DNA of 64,000 nucleotides from NCBI GenBank assembly GCA_027021705.1, contig JALUTT010000003.1, positions 1 to 64,000 of the forward strand, written 5' to 3'. The translations under genes were made by a program, and so were the position numbers. This stretch comes from Anaerolineae bacterium (GTDB lineage: Bacteria > Chloroflexota > Anaerolineae > S140-20). Position 1 is the first letter of the stretch. The number at the start of each line of letters is the position of its first letter. Of the stretch, positions 39,491 to 48,782 are shown piece after piece. The notes under the pieces are model-generated. The model searched no databases. It was given only the letters and a program-made list of their open reading frames with translations, and was not told the DNA's origin.

Positions 39491-41194
39491 ATCTCCCATC
39501 GGCGTCCTGGGCTCCGATCTCCTGCTCGCCATATCCGGCATCTGCGCCGTTATCAAGAGATCGCCGGTGTCTTCCTCCGTCACGGGTTGGGCGAGGCGCT
39601 GGACCAGTTGGGCCTGACGCCGCTGCTGAGCCTCCCCCGTCGGATCGCTCGCCGGCCGCCTCCCCCTTCCTCCGCGCTGACCACCCCCCAGCGGCTCCGG
39701 CTGGCCCTAGAGGCCCTGGGGCCCACCTTCGTCAAGCTGGGCCAGATCCTCAGCACCCGTCCCGACCTGCTCCCACCCGACTACATCGCCGAGCTGAGCC
39801 GGCTCCAGGATACCGTCCCGCCGGTCCCCTGGGAGGCGATCCAGAGCTGCCTGGAAGAAGAGCTGGGCGCCCCCTTGAGCGCCCACTTCGCCTCCTTCGA
39901 TCCCCAGCCCATTGCCGCAGCCTCTCTCGCCCAGGTTCATCCGGCCATCCTGCTTGACGGCACCGAGGTGGTCGTCAAGGTGCAGCGCCCCCATATCCTC
40001 CAAATCATCGAGACTGACCTGGAGATCCTCAGCGACCTGGCCTGGTTGGCTCAGCAGCACACCCCCCTGAGCGATCTTTACGACCTGCCGGAGATCACCG
40101 AGGAGTTCGCCTACACGCTGCGGGCTGAACTGGACTACCGGCGGGAAGGGCGTAATGCCGACCGCTTCCGGGAGAACTTCGCCGACGAGCCGGCCCTCTA
40201 CATCCCCCAGGTCTACTGGGAGACGACGACCCGCCGGGTGTTGACGCTGGAACGCATCCGGGGGATCAAGATAGACGACGTGGAGGCCCTCGATGCGGCC
40301 GGCTACGACCGCAAGCGGATCGCCCTCCACGCTGCCCGCATCATCATCCAAGAGGTCCTCGTGGACGGCTTCTTCCACGCCGACCCCCATCCCGGCAACT
40401 TCGTCGTCATGCCCGGCGAGGTGATCGGCGCGATGGACTTCGGGATGGTGGGCTACCTGGACCGCCGGCTTCGCGAGGACCTGGTCCGCCTCTACATCGC
40501 TGCCGTGCAGGTGGACAGCGAGGCCGTCGCCGATCAGCTCATCCGCATGGGAGCTGCCCGACAGGGGGTGGATCGCAACGGCCTGAGCCGGGACATCGCC
40601 CGGCTCTTGCGCAAGTATCAGGGGCTGCCGCTCAAAGAGATCCGAGCCCAGGAGGTCATTCGGGATGTGATGCCCATCGCCTTCCGCCATCACTTGCGGC
40701 TGCCCAGTGACCTCTGGCTGTTGGGGAAGACCTTGGGGATGATGGAGGGGGTGGGGTTGAAGCTCGACCCCGACTTCGACATCTTCGCCGTCTCGGAGCC
40801 CTACGTCCGCCGCCTGATGCGGCAGGTTTGGTTGCCCGACCACTGGGGGCCTTCCCTGCTCCGGGGGATCACCGACTGGGCGGAGCTGACCAGCGTGGCC
40901 CCGCGCCAGGCGGTGCGCTTGCTGGAGCAGGCGGAACGGGGGGAGTTGCAGATCCGGCTGCGCCTGCAGGAACTGGAAGAGACGACGGCGCGGATGGACC
41001 GCATGGCCAGCCGGCTGGCCCTCAGCATCCTCGTCGCCGCCTTCATCGTCGCCCTGGCCCTGCTCATCCCCACCCTCAACCTGAACGCTCAATGGGGGAT
41101 CATCACCTGGTTGGTGATCCTGGGCTTCATCGTCGCCAGCTTCCTGGGTCTCTGGCTCCTGATCACCATCTGGAGGGCCGGTCGCTGGCGGTGA
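39491..41194 (+). CDS. AarF/ABC1/UbiB-family atypical kinase (start probably non-canonical ATC)
   Basis: LGPTFVKLGQILSTRPDL, AAASLAQVH, VVVKVQRP, FFHADPHPGN, MDFGMVG, C-terminal TMs. Family-like N-terminus RHLRRYQEIAGVFLRHG lies upstream of the first TTG. Confidence 0.9.
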   Translation: MSHRRPGLRSPARHIRHLRRYQEIAGVFLRHGLGEALDQLGLTPLLSLPRRIARRPPPPSSALTTPQRLRLALEALGPTFVKLGQILSTRPDLLPPDYIAELSRLQDTVPPVPWEAIQSCLEEELGAPLSAHFASFDPQPIAAASLAQVHPAILLDGTEVVVKVQRPHILQIIETDLEILSDLAWLAQQHTPLSDLYDLPEITEEFAYTLRAELDYRREGRNADRFRENFADEPALYIPQVYWETTTRRVLTLERIRGIKIDDVEALDAAGYDRKRIALHAARIIIQEVLVDGFFHADPHPGNFVVMPGEVIGAMDFGMVGYLDRRLREDLVRLYIAAVQVDSEAVADQLIRMGAARQGVDRNGLSRDIARLLRKYQGLPLKEIRAQEVIRDVMPIAFRHHLRLPSDLWLLGKTLGMMEGVGLKLDPDFDIFAVSEPYVRRLMRQVWLPDHWGPSLLRGITDWAELTSVAPRQAVRLLEQAERGELQIRLRLQELEETTARMDRMASRLALSILVAAFIVALALLIPTLNLNAQWGIITWLVILGFIVASFLGLWLLITIWRAGRWR

Positions 41195-41218
41195 GCCGGC
41201 GTGAGGGCCATCTCGGGT

Positions 41219-41635
41219 TCATCCCGGGGGCGTCTCCACCTCCGACGGCAGTGGCCAGCCCCGGGCCTGGAGCCGCCGCTCCACCTCGGCCAGGAGCTCG
41301 GGCTCCGACTCCCAGCCGACGAACTTCTGACCATCTATGAGAAAGGTGGGGTAGCGACGGATCCAGTGACGGATCAGCCGCCAGATTCCCACCAGGGATT
41401 CGGGGTCTACGATGCGGATCAGCACCGCTCCCCGATAGCGCTCCGCCACCTCCCGGGCCCAGGTGCAGACCCGCAGGTACTCCTCGCGGAGCCACTCAGG
41501 ATATTCGTTGATCTCCTCGTTATGGACTTTGTCCCCGATACCAAGGCCCGCTTGGTTTGACATCCACTCGCAGTGGGGTCAATGGAGCTGATAGCTCAGC
41601 ACGGGGGCAATGACCTCAACAATCAGCCGCCGCAT
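41219..41635 (-). CDS. Candidate selenoprotein, thioredoxin-like fold with UxxC (in-frame TGA at 41579-41581)
   Basis: GGAGG RBS and ATG at 41635. MRRLIVEVIAPVLSYQLH-TGA-PHCEW... aligns without gaps to the neighbour's ...FQSH-C-SQCEF. Confidence 0.75.
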
Positions 41636-42027
41636 CCTGCTTCCTCCATGCCTTGGGCCGACAGCTTCTCCTCGATCGCCGCTCGCAGGGCCGGCTCCGA
41701 TTCCCACCCGACGAACTTCTGACCGTCCAACAGGAAGGTCGGGTAACGGCGGATCCAATAGCGCAGCAAGCGCCACATCCCCTCCAGCGACTGGGGGTCC
41801 ACGATGCAGACCCGCACTGCGCCCTGGTAGCGCCGGGCGATCTCCCGAACCCAATCGGAGACCTGGAGGTAGGCCTCCTGCAGCCACGCCGGATAGGCGT
41901 TGATCGCTTCCTGCTGCACGGCGGCGTTGACCCCCAGCCCGGTCTTGTCGAAGACGAACTCGCACTGGGAACAGTGGGACTGGAAAGTCAGGACCGGTGT
42001 GACCACCTCGACGACGATCCCTCGCAT
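41623..42027 (-). CDS. Thioredoxin-like CxxC protein (Cys paralogue of the adjacent gene)
   Basis: HCSQC motif, RYPTF cis-Pro-like motif, GGAGGAG RBS. Confidence 0.85.
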   Translation of the reverse strand: MRGIVVEVVTPVLTFQSHCSQCEFVFDKTGLGVNAAVQQEAINAYPAWLQEAYLQVSDWVREIARRYQGAVRVCIVDPQSLEGMWRLLRYWIRRYPTFLLDGQKFVGWESEPALRAAIEEKLSAQGMEEAGCGG

Positions 42028-42057
42028 TGACCTCTCCTCCCTCGGCATTCGAGCAAC

Positions 42058-42095
42058 ACAGGTGGGAGAGCCCATCCGTAGAGCCCTCCCACCTG
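42058..42095 (-). terminator. Hairpin between cstA and the thioredoxin-like pair
   Basis: CAGGTGGGAG...CTCCCACCTG. Confidence 0.55.
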
Positions 42096-42126
42096 CAGTG
42101 TTGACGTCAGCAGACCGAGGCGTTTC

Positions 42127-43884
42127 TCAGCGGGCTGCCATCGCCATCTCGGTGCGGGCCCTCTGGAAAGAGCGGAGCCCGTCGTAGGCCAGCAGTAGGG
42201 CCGCCAGGGCGAGGAAGAGCCCGATGAGGCCGGCCACCAGGTTGCCGAAGACGAAGGCCGCCTCGATGCCCGGCTCGAAGGCCGCGTTGAAGGACTTGTA
42301 GGCCGTGATCAGCAGGGCGGTCACCGTGGTGACGTACATGAAGACCGCCGGCCAGAAGGTCCAGTTGTAGGCTTTCCCCTCTCGGGCCAGCCAGATGGTG
42401 ATGAGCAGCAGGGCCAGGCCGGCGAAGAGCTGGTTGGCCCCACCGAAGAGCACCCAGATCCTCTGCCAGAAGCCGGTCCACAGGATCAGCAGGGTGAAGA
42501 GGATGGCGACGATGGAGCCGACGTGGGGGTTCTTGAAGGCGACGATCTTGTCGCCGATCAGCTCGGCGCTGGCCACCCGCATGAAGCGCAGGACCAACTG
42601 CATCACCGTGAGCGCCATCACGGCCAGGAAGATGGAGCCGATGGCTGTCCCTAGATCGGCGGGGACACCGAGCACGCCCAGGAAGCGGGACATCCCGTCG
42701 GCAAAGACCCCACCGGCCTTTGCGGTCAGCTTCCAGTTCTGGGTTGGGTCATAGAAGGTGCCGGCCGTCGCCGTAACCGCGAAGACGACGGAGAGGACCC
42801 CCAACACCGCCTCGGTGTACATCGCGCCGGCCCCGACGGGCAAGGCGTCGGTCTCCTTCTCAAGCTGGCGGGCCGTGCCCGAGGTGGAGACCAGGCTGTG
42901 CCAGCCGGAGATGGCCCCGCAGGAGATGGTGACGAAGAGGATAGGCCATAGCCAGCCCAGGTGGGGTTGGTTCCAAGTGACGAAGGCCGGGATGGCGAAG
43001 TTGGTCTTGGCCGTGCCCACCCCCAGGGTCGCCAGGAAGATGCCCACGATGGAGCCCACGATGCCCAGGAGGACGAACCAGAAGGAGGTGTAGTTGATGG
43101 GCTGGGCGAAGCGCCAGATGGGGAGCACCGACCCCAGGTAGCAGAAGGCCAGGGCCACGATCCCCCACAGCCAGACGGACCACTTCATCGGTCCGTAGGG
43201 GGTCTTGTAGAGCACGCCTTCGGCGTCACCGGCCAGCCCGTTGATGCCTTGGGCGATGTTGGTGAAGAAGCCGGTCGTGCCCAGCCAGATGCCGATGAGG
43301 GCCAGGGCCACGGTGAGGACGGTGGTGAAGAGCAGGTCCTGCTTCCAGCGGTAGGTCATCTGCCCGGCCAGGAGCCCTGCCAAGGTCAGGAAGAGGAAGC
43401 CGAAAGGAACCACCGGATTGGCCAGCAGGCCGGCCACGACGTAACCGAAGGCACCCATGATGAGGAGCAGGTAGAAGTAGAGGAAGCTCAGGAGGATGCC
43501 CCGCGCTCGAGGGGAAATAAGCTTGTAGCTCAGACCGCCTAGGGTCATGCCCTCGTTCCGCATCGCCAGCATGGCCGAGGCGTAGTCCTGCACCCAGCCG
43601 ATGAAGAAGACGCCGATCACCAGCCACAGCACGGCCGGCAGCCATCCCCACTGCACGGCGACGATGGGACCGACGATGGGGCCCAGCGCGGCGATGGACT
43701 TGAACTGATAGCCGAAGAGCACGCTTCCACTAGCCGGCATGAAGTCCACGCCATCCTGGTAGAGGGTCGCCGGCGTCGCCCGTTTGGGATCCGACTGGAT
43801 AACCTCCCGGTCCATCTTGCTCGCGTAGAAGCGATAGCCCAGGATGACGATCACCAACGTGATGACCAGGACTAGCAGTGCCAT
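42127..43884 (-). CDS. cstA: Carbon starvation protein A family transporter
   Basis: TPA...DGVDFMP, GPIVGP, QWGWLP, WPILFVTISCGAISGWHSLV, FGGANQL. Confidence 0.92.
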   Translation of the reverse strand: MALLVLVITLVIVILGYRFYASKMDREVIQSDPKRATPATLYQDGVDFMPASGSVLFGYQFKSIAALGPIVGPIVAVQWGWLPAVLWLVIGVFFIGWVQDYASAMLAMRNEGMTLGGLSYKLISPRARGILLSFLYFYLLLIMGAFGYVVAGLLANPVVPFGFLFLTLAGLLAGQMTYRWKQDLLFTTVLTVALALIGIWLGTTGFFTNIAQGINGLAGDAEGVLYKTPYGPMKWSVWLWGIVALAFCYLGSVLPIWRFAQPINYTSFWFVLLGIVGSIVGIFLATLGVGTAKTNFAIPAFVTWNQPHLGWLWPILFVTISCGAISGWHSLVSTSGTARQLEKETDALPVGAGAMYTEAVLGVLSVVFAVTATAGTFYDPTQNWKLTAKAGGVFADGMSRFLGVLGVPADLGTAIGSIFLAVMALTVMQLVLRFMRVASAELIGDKIVAFKNPHVGSIVAILFTLLILWTGFWQRIWVLFGGANQLFAGLALLLITIWLAREGKAYNWTFWPAVFMYVTTVTALLITAYKSFNAAFEPGIEAAFVFGNLVAGLIGLFLALAALLLAYDGLRSFQRARTEMAMAAR

Positions 43885-44164
43885 AGCTTTTCCCTCCTTA
43901 ACTTGGTACTAGGGCCAACCGATTGATTGGCCTCAGGAAAGCGACCCCACCTGAATCGTCCATCGGATCCACAGTTTGGGTTGCGTCTATCACCCCCCTT
44001 CTTGCGTCGAGGACAAGGATGCCTGAGCACCCAAACAGGACTGCTCTACGGAGAGTCCTCTTGGGGAGAAACAGCCTTTGGACGAATCGCTCTTGCCTGG
44101 TCTCAAGCGCTGCGAAGCCAACCGTGGGGAGTAGACAACGGAGGGAAACCAATATAGCAACCAG

Positions 44165-44194
44165 ATTATACCCAAAAGGGCACCCGTTTGTCAA
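44165..44194 (-). promoter_or_regulatory. Consensus sigma70 promoter of the cstA operon
   Basis: TTGACA-18 bp-TATAAT. Confidence 0.75.
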
Positions 44195-44206
44195 GACCCA
44201 TCCGGT

Positions 44207-44360
44207 CGGTGATTACCCACAAGTGAGCGAGAGCGTGGTCCGTAGCAGGCCGTCCACGAATTTCTCACAAATGCACGAATGAGGTGGTCCTTAATTCGTG
44301 TATTCGTGCCCCATTCGTGGACGGCTAGCTCCCTATCTCCAAAGATATGGGTAATCACCG
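44207..44360. mobile_element. 154-bp MITE-like nested palindrome with 13-bp terminal inverted repeats
   Basis: CGGTGATTACCCA...TGGGTAATCACCG, with inner GCCGTCCACGAAT/ATTCGTGGACGGC. A partial second copy is at 5038. Confidence 0.7.
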
Positions 44361-44456
44361 GCTACCTGGACTTTATAACACCGATGCCCTCGGAAGGTTG
44401 CTCCGTTTGGTCGGGTAGTCGGATGGTCAGGGGGTCAGCCGTTGGCAGTCAACGGT

Positions 44457-45554
44457 CTATGGTCCGACGGCCTGGTTCAGGATCGAAGCGGCGGTGGCGA
44501 TGTTGGTCAGCTTCGCCTTGGCCGCCGACCGGGAGAGCTGCACCATCCCGCAGTCGGGAGCCAGGATCAGCTGCTCCCTGGGCAGGTACTGCAACGCCTC
44601 CCGCCCCCGCTCCACCAGAGCCTCCACGCTCTCCACCTCGTCCGAGCCCACGTCCACGACGCCCAACATCACCGTCTTCTCTCCAATGGCCGGCAGCACC
44701 GACAGGTCCAGCCGGCTCTGGGCTCCTTCGATGGAGACCACGTCGAGGGCAGAATCGCTGAGCCAGCTCAGGACATCGGCGTAGTACTCAGCTTTGGCTT
44801 TGTACTCGATGCCCTGCCTTTCCAGCGGCTTGTCGGGATAGCCCCGGCAGATGTGGACGAAGAAGGTCGCCCGATCCTCCAGCCCGTGGAAGCAAGCCTG
44901 CAGGGCATCCAGGCCCCACCGTTGGGCCTGGTCGGGGTATCGGAGCAGCACCGGATCGTCGAACTGAATCGCCCGGCAGCCCGCTTCGATGAGGTTCTCC
45001 ACTTCGTGCCGGATCGCTGCCGCGTAGTCCATCGCCAGCCGCTCCCGGTCCCCCTGGTAGTAGTCGTCCACCACGCTGTCCACCACGGTGGACGGCCCCG
45101 GCAGGCCGATCTTGGCGATGCCCTTGGCGTACCGCTGGGTGAACCGGTAATCCTCGACCAGGATCGGTCCCTCATACGCGATCTTCCCGACGACGACGGG
45201 GAGGCGGCGGACGTACATCCCCTCTCGGATGGACTTCTCCCGCAGGTGCTCGAAGTCGAAGCCACCCAGCCGGCGCAGCACGTAGAGGACGTAGTGGCCC
45301 CGCCGCTCCTCCCCATCGGTGATGAAGTCCAGACCGGCCTCGTTCTGATCCTCGATGGCCATCCGGGCCGCCCTGTCCAGCCGCGCCCGGAACTCTTCGG
45401 GACCGACCGCCTTCTCCAGATCGTAGAGGGTCATCCCCATCTGGTCCAGGAGCTCGCGTCCCGTGCCGGCGAAGAGGTAGTCGGGCTTGGGGTAGCTCCC
45501 CACGATGGCCGTCATCACCCGATCCTGGCGGACCTTTCCTCCTGTTGAATCCAT
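44457..45554 (-). CDS. Cobalamin-independent methionine synthase II family (catalytic-domain-only)
   Basis: VGSYPKP, ITDGEERR, IQFDDP, Zn ligands HICRG...E...APDCG. No N-terminal folate-binding half. Confidence 0.88.
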   Translation of the reverse strand: MDSTGGKVRQDRVMTAIVGSYPKPDYLFAGTGRELLDQMGMTLYDLEKAVGPEEFRARLDRAARMAIEDQNEAGLDFITDGEERRGHYVLYVLRRLGGFDFEHLREKSIREGMYVRRLPVVVGKIAYEGPILVEDYRFTQRYAKGIAKIGLPGPSTVVDSVVDDYYQGDRERLAMDYAAAIRHEVENLIEAGCRAIQFDDPVLLRYPDQAQRWGLDALQACFHGLEDRATFFVHICRGYPDKPLERQGIEYKAKAEYYADVLSWLSDSALDVVSIEGAQSRLDLSVLPAIGEKTVMLGVVDVGSDEVESVEALVERGREALQYLPREQLILAPDCGMVQLSRSAAKAKLTNIATAASILNQAVGP

Positions 45555-45570
45555 CCCTTTCCTCACTATA

Positions 45571-45663
45571 GTCGCTTGGTCGCTTGGTCGAGTGGTCGGG
45601 TGGTCCTCGGTCCTTAGTCCGCAGTCGGCGGTCGGCCGTCGTCCACCGGCGGTCGGCCGTCGG
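45571..45663. repeat. Composite octamer/heptamer repeat (reverse orientation relative to 21440-21528)
   Basis: GGTCGCTT / GGTCGAGT / GGTCCTC units. Confidence 0.8.
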
Positions 45664-45776
45664 AACCAGAACGACGCCCTATCCCCGAGGAGCAGGACTC
45701 CCGTCCGCCCTCACCCCGGGTCCGGGCGTCGGACACTGGGATGGTCTACGGCTGGACAAAAGCCCCCTTTGGGAGC

Positions 45777-46853
45777 TCAGTCCGTCCAGAGCAGCGACTT
45801 TTCCGTCTGGGGGTCGAAGAACTGGACCTTGTGGGTGTTGAAGCGGAGCCGGACAGTGTCCCCGATCTTCAGCCGCAGCGCCGGATCGGCCAAGAAGTGG
45901 ACCTTGCTCTCGCCGATGCGCACGTCCACCAGGTCGTCGCGGCCCAAGGGCTCCACGACGTAGACCTCGCCGGCGATGCCCTCCTCGGCCAGGGAGACGT
46001 CCTCAGGCCGGATGCCCAGGATCACCTTGCCCCGGCCGGCGGCCTTCTCCCCCCGTTCCGGCGGGACGATGACGTCGAAGCCCTCACAGCGAGCGTGGTA
46101 CTCGCCGTTCTCCCGGACGACCTCGACCTCCAGGAAGTTCATCGGCGGGTTGCCGACGAAGCTGGCAACGAAGAGGGTGCGCGGCTGGTCGTACAGCTCG
46201 TCGGGCGGGCAGTAAGCCTGGAGCTTCCCGTCCCGCATCACGGCGATCCGGTCCGCCATCGTCATCGCCTCCACCTGGTCGTGGGTCACGTAGATGGACG
46301 TGATGCCCAGGTCCATCTGGAGGCGCTTGATCTCGCTGCGCATCGTCAGGCGCAAACGGGCGTCTAGGTTGGAGAGGGGCTCGTCGAAGAGGAGCAACTG
46401 AGGTTCTTTGATCAACGCCCGTCCCAAAGCGACCCGCTGCTGCTGCCCGCCGGAGAGCTGGGCCGGTTTGCGGTCCATCAGATGGCCGATGCCCATCATA
46501 TCCGCCACTCGCTGGGCCCGCTTTCGCCTTTCCTCCATCGGCACCTTCTTCAGCTTCAACGGGAAGGTCAGGTTCTCGAAGACCGTCATATGGGGGTAGA
46601 GGGCGTAGCTCTGGAAGACCATGCCGATGTTGCGGTCTTTGGGGGCCAGATGATTGACCACCTTCCCATCGAACTTGATGAGCCCGGCGGTGGGTTTGTA
46701 GATGCCCGCGATCATCAAAAGCGTCGTCGTCTTTCCGCAGCCCGAGGGGCCCAAGAAGGCCACGAACTCCGCATCCCCGATCTCCAGGTTGATGTTGTCG
46801 GCACCGACGACCGGTCCCCACCGCTTGGTGAGATTTTCCAGTTGAACCCGCAT
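45777..46853 (-). CDS. Sugar ABC transporter ATP-binding protein (MalK/InoK-like)
   Basis: [33 protein letters not shown]. Confidence 0.95.
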   Translation of the reverse strand: MRVQLENLTKRWGPVVGADNINLEIGDAEFVAFLGPSGCGKTTTLLMIAGIYKPTAGLIKFDGKVVNHLAPKDRNIGMVFQSYALYPHMTVFENLTFPLKLKKVPMEERRKRAQRVADMMGIGHLMDRKPAQLSGGQQQRVALGRALIKEPQLLLFDEPLSNLDARLRLTMRSEIKRLQMDLGITSIYVTHDQVEAMTMADRIAVMRDGKLQAYCPPDELYDQPRTLFVASFVGNPPMNFLEVEVVRENGEYHARCEGFDVIVPPERGEKAAGRGKVILGIRPEDVSLAEEGIAGEVYVVEPLGRDDLVDVRIGESKVHFLADPALRLKIGDTVRLRFNTHKVQFFDPQTEKSLLWTD

Positions 46854-46888
46854 GTTCACCCTCCCTAGGAAAGCCAGCCCGGCAGCAG

Positions 46889-47728
46889 TTACACGCCGCC
46901 TTTCGTGCCGCCGGTGTAGATGTTCAGCAGGTATTCCTGGCTGAAGATGAAGAAAAGCATCACCGGGATGAGTTGGAAGAGCCCCACAGCCGCCACCTGA
47001 CCGTAAGTGACGAAGGTGGAATCGCCGATCAGGCTGTTCAGGTAAACGGCGATGGTCGCCTTGGTGTCGGTGGTCGTGAAGGTGTAGGGGATGAGAAAGG
47101 AACTCCAGCCGGTGATGAAGGAGAAAATGGAAAGGGCCGCAATGCCCGGTCGGATGTTGGGCAGGAGGATCTCCCACCACGTTCGGAGGCGACCGCAGCC
47201 GTCAATCAGCGCTGCCCGCTCCATATCCCAGGAGACGTTGTCGAAGAAGCCCTTCATCAGCCAGACGCCCAGGGGAAGCATCAGGGAGACCTGGACCAAC
47301 ACCACCCCCGTGATCGTGTCATAGAGCTTGATGGCCCGCAGGACGTAGAAGATGGCGATCAGCAGCGTCACGCTGGGAAAGGCGTGCAGGATGAGGGTAA
47401 GGGAAAGGAAGGCTTTTCGCCCTGGGAAGTTGAGGCGCGACAGGGCGTAGCCGGCCATCGCCGAGATCAGGACCACGAAGACCGCCATGCCTAGGGCCAG
47501 GATCAGCGTGTTCAGCGTGATGATCCAGATGCTGGGCCGCTGGGCGATGGGCTCCACCAGGAATCGCCAGTACTCCAGCGTGAAGCGCCCCTTGGGCACC
47601 AGGCCCTCGGTGGTGAAGAAGAAACTGGAGATCAGAATCCAGACATACCCGACAATGATGGGCAAGGTGATGATCCCCATAATGACGTAAGGAATCGTTG
47701 CCCTTATCCTCTGCTCCCAGGTGTACAT
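46889..47728 (-). CDS. Carbohydrate ABC permease (InoG-like)
   Basis: DMERAALIDG EAA loop. Confidence 0.9.
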   Translation of the reverse strand: MYTWEQRIRATIPYVIMGIITLPIIVGYVWILISSFFFTTEGLVPKGRFTLEYWRFLVEPIAQRPSIWIITLNTLILALGMAVFVVLISAMAGYALSRLNFPGRKAFLSLTLILHAFPSVTLLIAIFYVLRAIKLYDTITGVVLVQVSLMLPLGVWLMKGFFDNVSWDMERAALIDGCGRLRTWWEILLPNIRPGIAALSIFSFITGWSSFLIPYTFTTTDTKATIAVYLNSLIGDSTFVTYGQVAAVGLFQLIPVMLFFIFSQEYLLNIYTGGTKGGV

Positions 47729-47744
47729 CGCATCCCCCTTCCCT

Positions 47745-48737
47745 TCACAAGGTCTCGATCTTCGGTTCCTCAATCAGGGCACCGAACTGGAAGACCCGTA
47801 GGTAGATGATGGACATCACGATCCCGATCACGACCAGCACCGAGGCGAGAGCTGCGCCGTAGCCGAACTGGATGTTCCCCCAGTAGTTGGCCAGCGCTCG
47901 GTGGTAGGCGTTCAGCGCCCACACTTCGGTGCCGTACCGGCCCGGCCCGCCATCGGTGAGGAGCAGAATGTACTCAAAAGAGGTCAACAACGAAAGCGTT
48001 TGATAGGTGGTCACGAAGAGGAGTGGCCACTTGATCATGGGAATGATGACATAACGGATGGATTGCCAGGTCGAAGCGCCATCCACTTTGGCCGCCCGGA
48101 TGTAATCGTCGGGGATGGACTCGATGGCCGAGGTGAAGATGATCATCCCGAAGGAAGCGCCAACGAAGCCGTTGACCAGGATCACCATCACCCAGGGAGC
48201 AGCGGTGACCCAGTCCTTGGGCGGGATGCCCAAGGGGCCGAAGATGTGCTGGTTGAGGATGCCGTAAGGAGCATCGGCAGCCATCCAGCGCCACATCATA
48301 ATGTAGACGACCGAGGGCGTGATGCGCGGCAGCAGCCACAGCGTGCGGAAGAGGAAGCCGGCCCTGCGGTTCATATGGGTGGTCACCAGGGCGATGACCA
48401 GTCCCAACCCCACGTTGAAAAGCGTCAGCGTGAAGAAGACGTAGATGGCCGTGTTCTTCAGGATCACCTTGGTCCAGCGGAACTTGGCCATCTTGGCGTA
48501 GTTCGCCAGCCCCACCCAGTTGAACCGGCCAAAGGTGGCTGTGCTCATATCCGTCATGCTGATCAGGATGGTCAGCAGGACCGGCAGGAAGAAGAAGATG
48601 AAGACCAGGATGGCAGCAGGGCTGAGGAAGAAGGCAGGCGCTGAGTAGGCTCTGAGCCTTACCCAGAAGGACCGGTATGCCTGTTCTTCCCTCGCGAGCA
48701 CCATCGTGCCGGCCGTCGAAGGATTGTGTGAGGACAT
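47745..48737 (-). CDS. Carbohydrate ABC permease (InoF-like)
   Basis: GLANY, YIRAAKVDGA. Confidence 0.9.
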   Translation of the reverse strand: MSSHNPSTAGTMVLAREEQAYRSFWVRLRAYSAPAFFLSPAAILVFIFFFLPVLLTILISMTDMSTATFGRFNWVGLANYAKMAKFRWTKVILKNTAIYVFFTLTLFNVGLGLVIALVTTHMNRRAGFLFRTLWLLPRITPSVVYIMMWRWMAADAPYGILNQHIFGPLGIPPKDWVTAAPWVMVILVNGFVGASFGMIIFTSAIESIPDDYIRAAKVDGASTWQSIRYVIIPMIKWPLLFVTTYQTLSLLTSFEYILLLTDGGPGRYGTEVWALNAYHRALANYWGNIQFGYGAALASVLVVIGIVMSIIYLRVFQFGALIEEPKIETL

Positions 48738-48782
48738 AGACCTTCCTCCCCGTTTGCAACGCCTCCCCGGGTGGGGCACGGT

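Noticed and set aside
41623..41634. C-terminal CGG-TGA of the Cys paralogue as a second Sec (CxxU)
   Set aside because: It arises from overlap with the next gene's ATG CGG CGG CTG. Read-through gives no sensible sequence.
43885..44160. Known riboswitch (e.g. glycine) in the cstA leader
   Set aside because: Hairpins are present but I could not match conserved aptamer motifs by eye. An Rfam search is needed.
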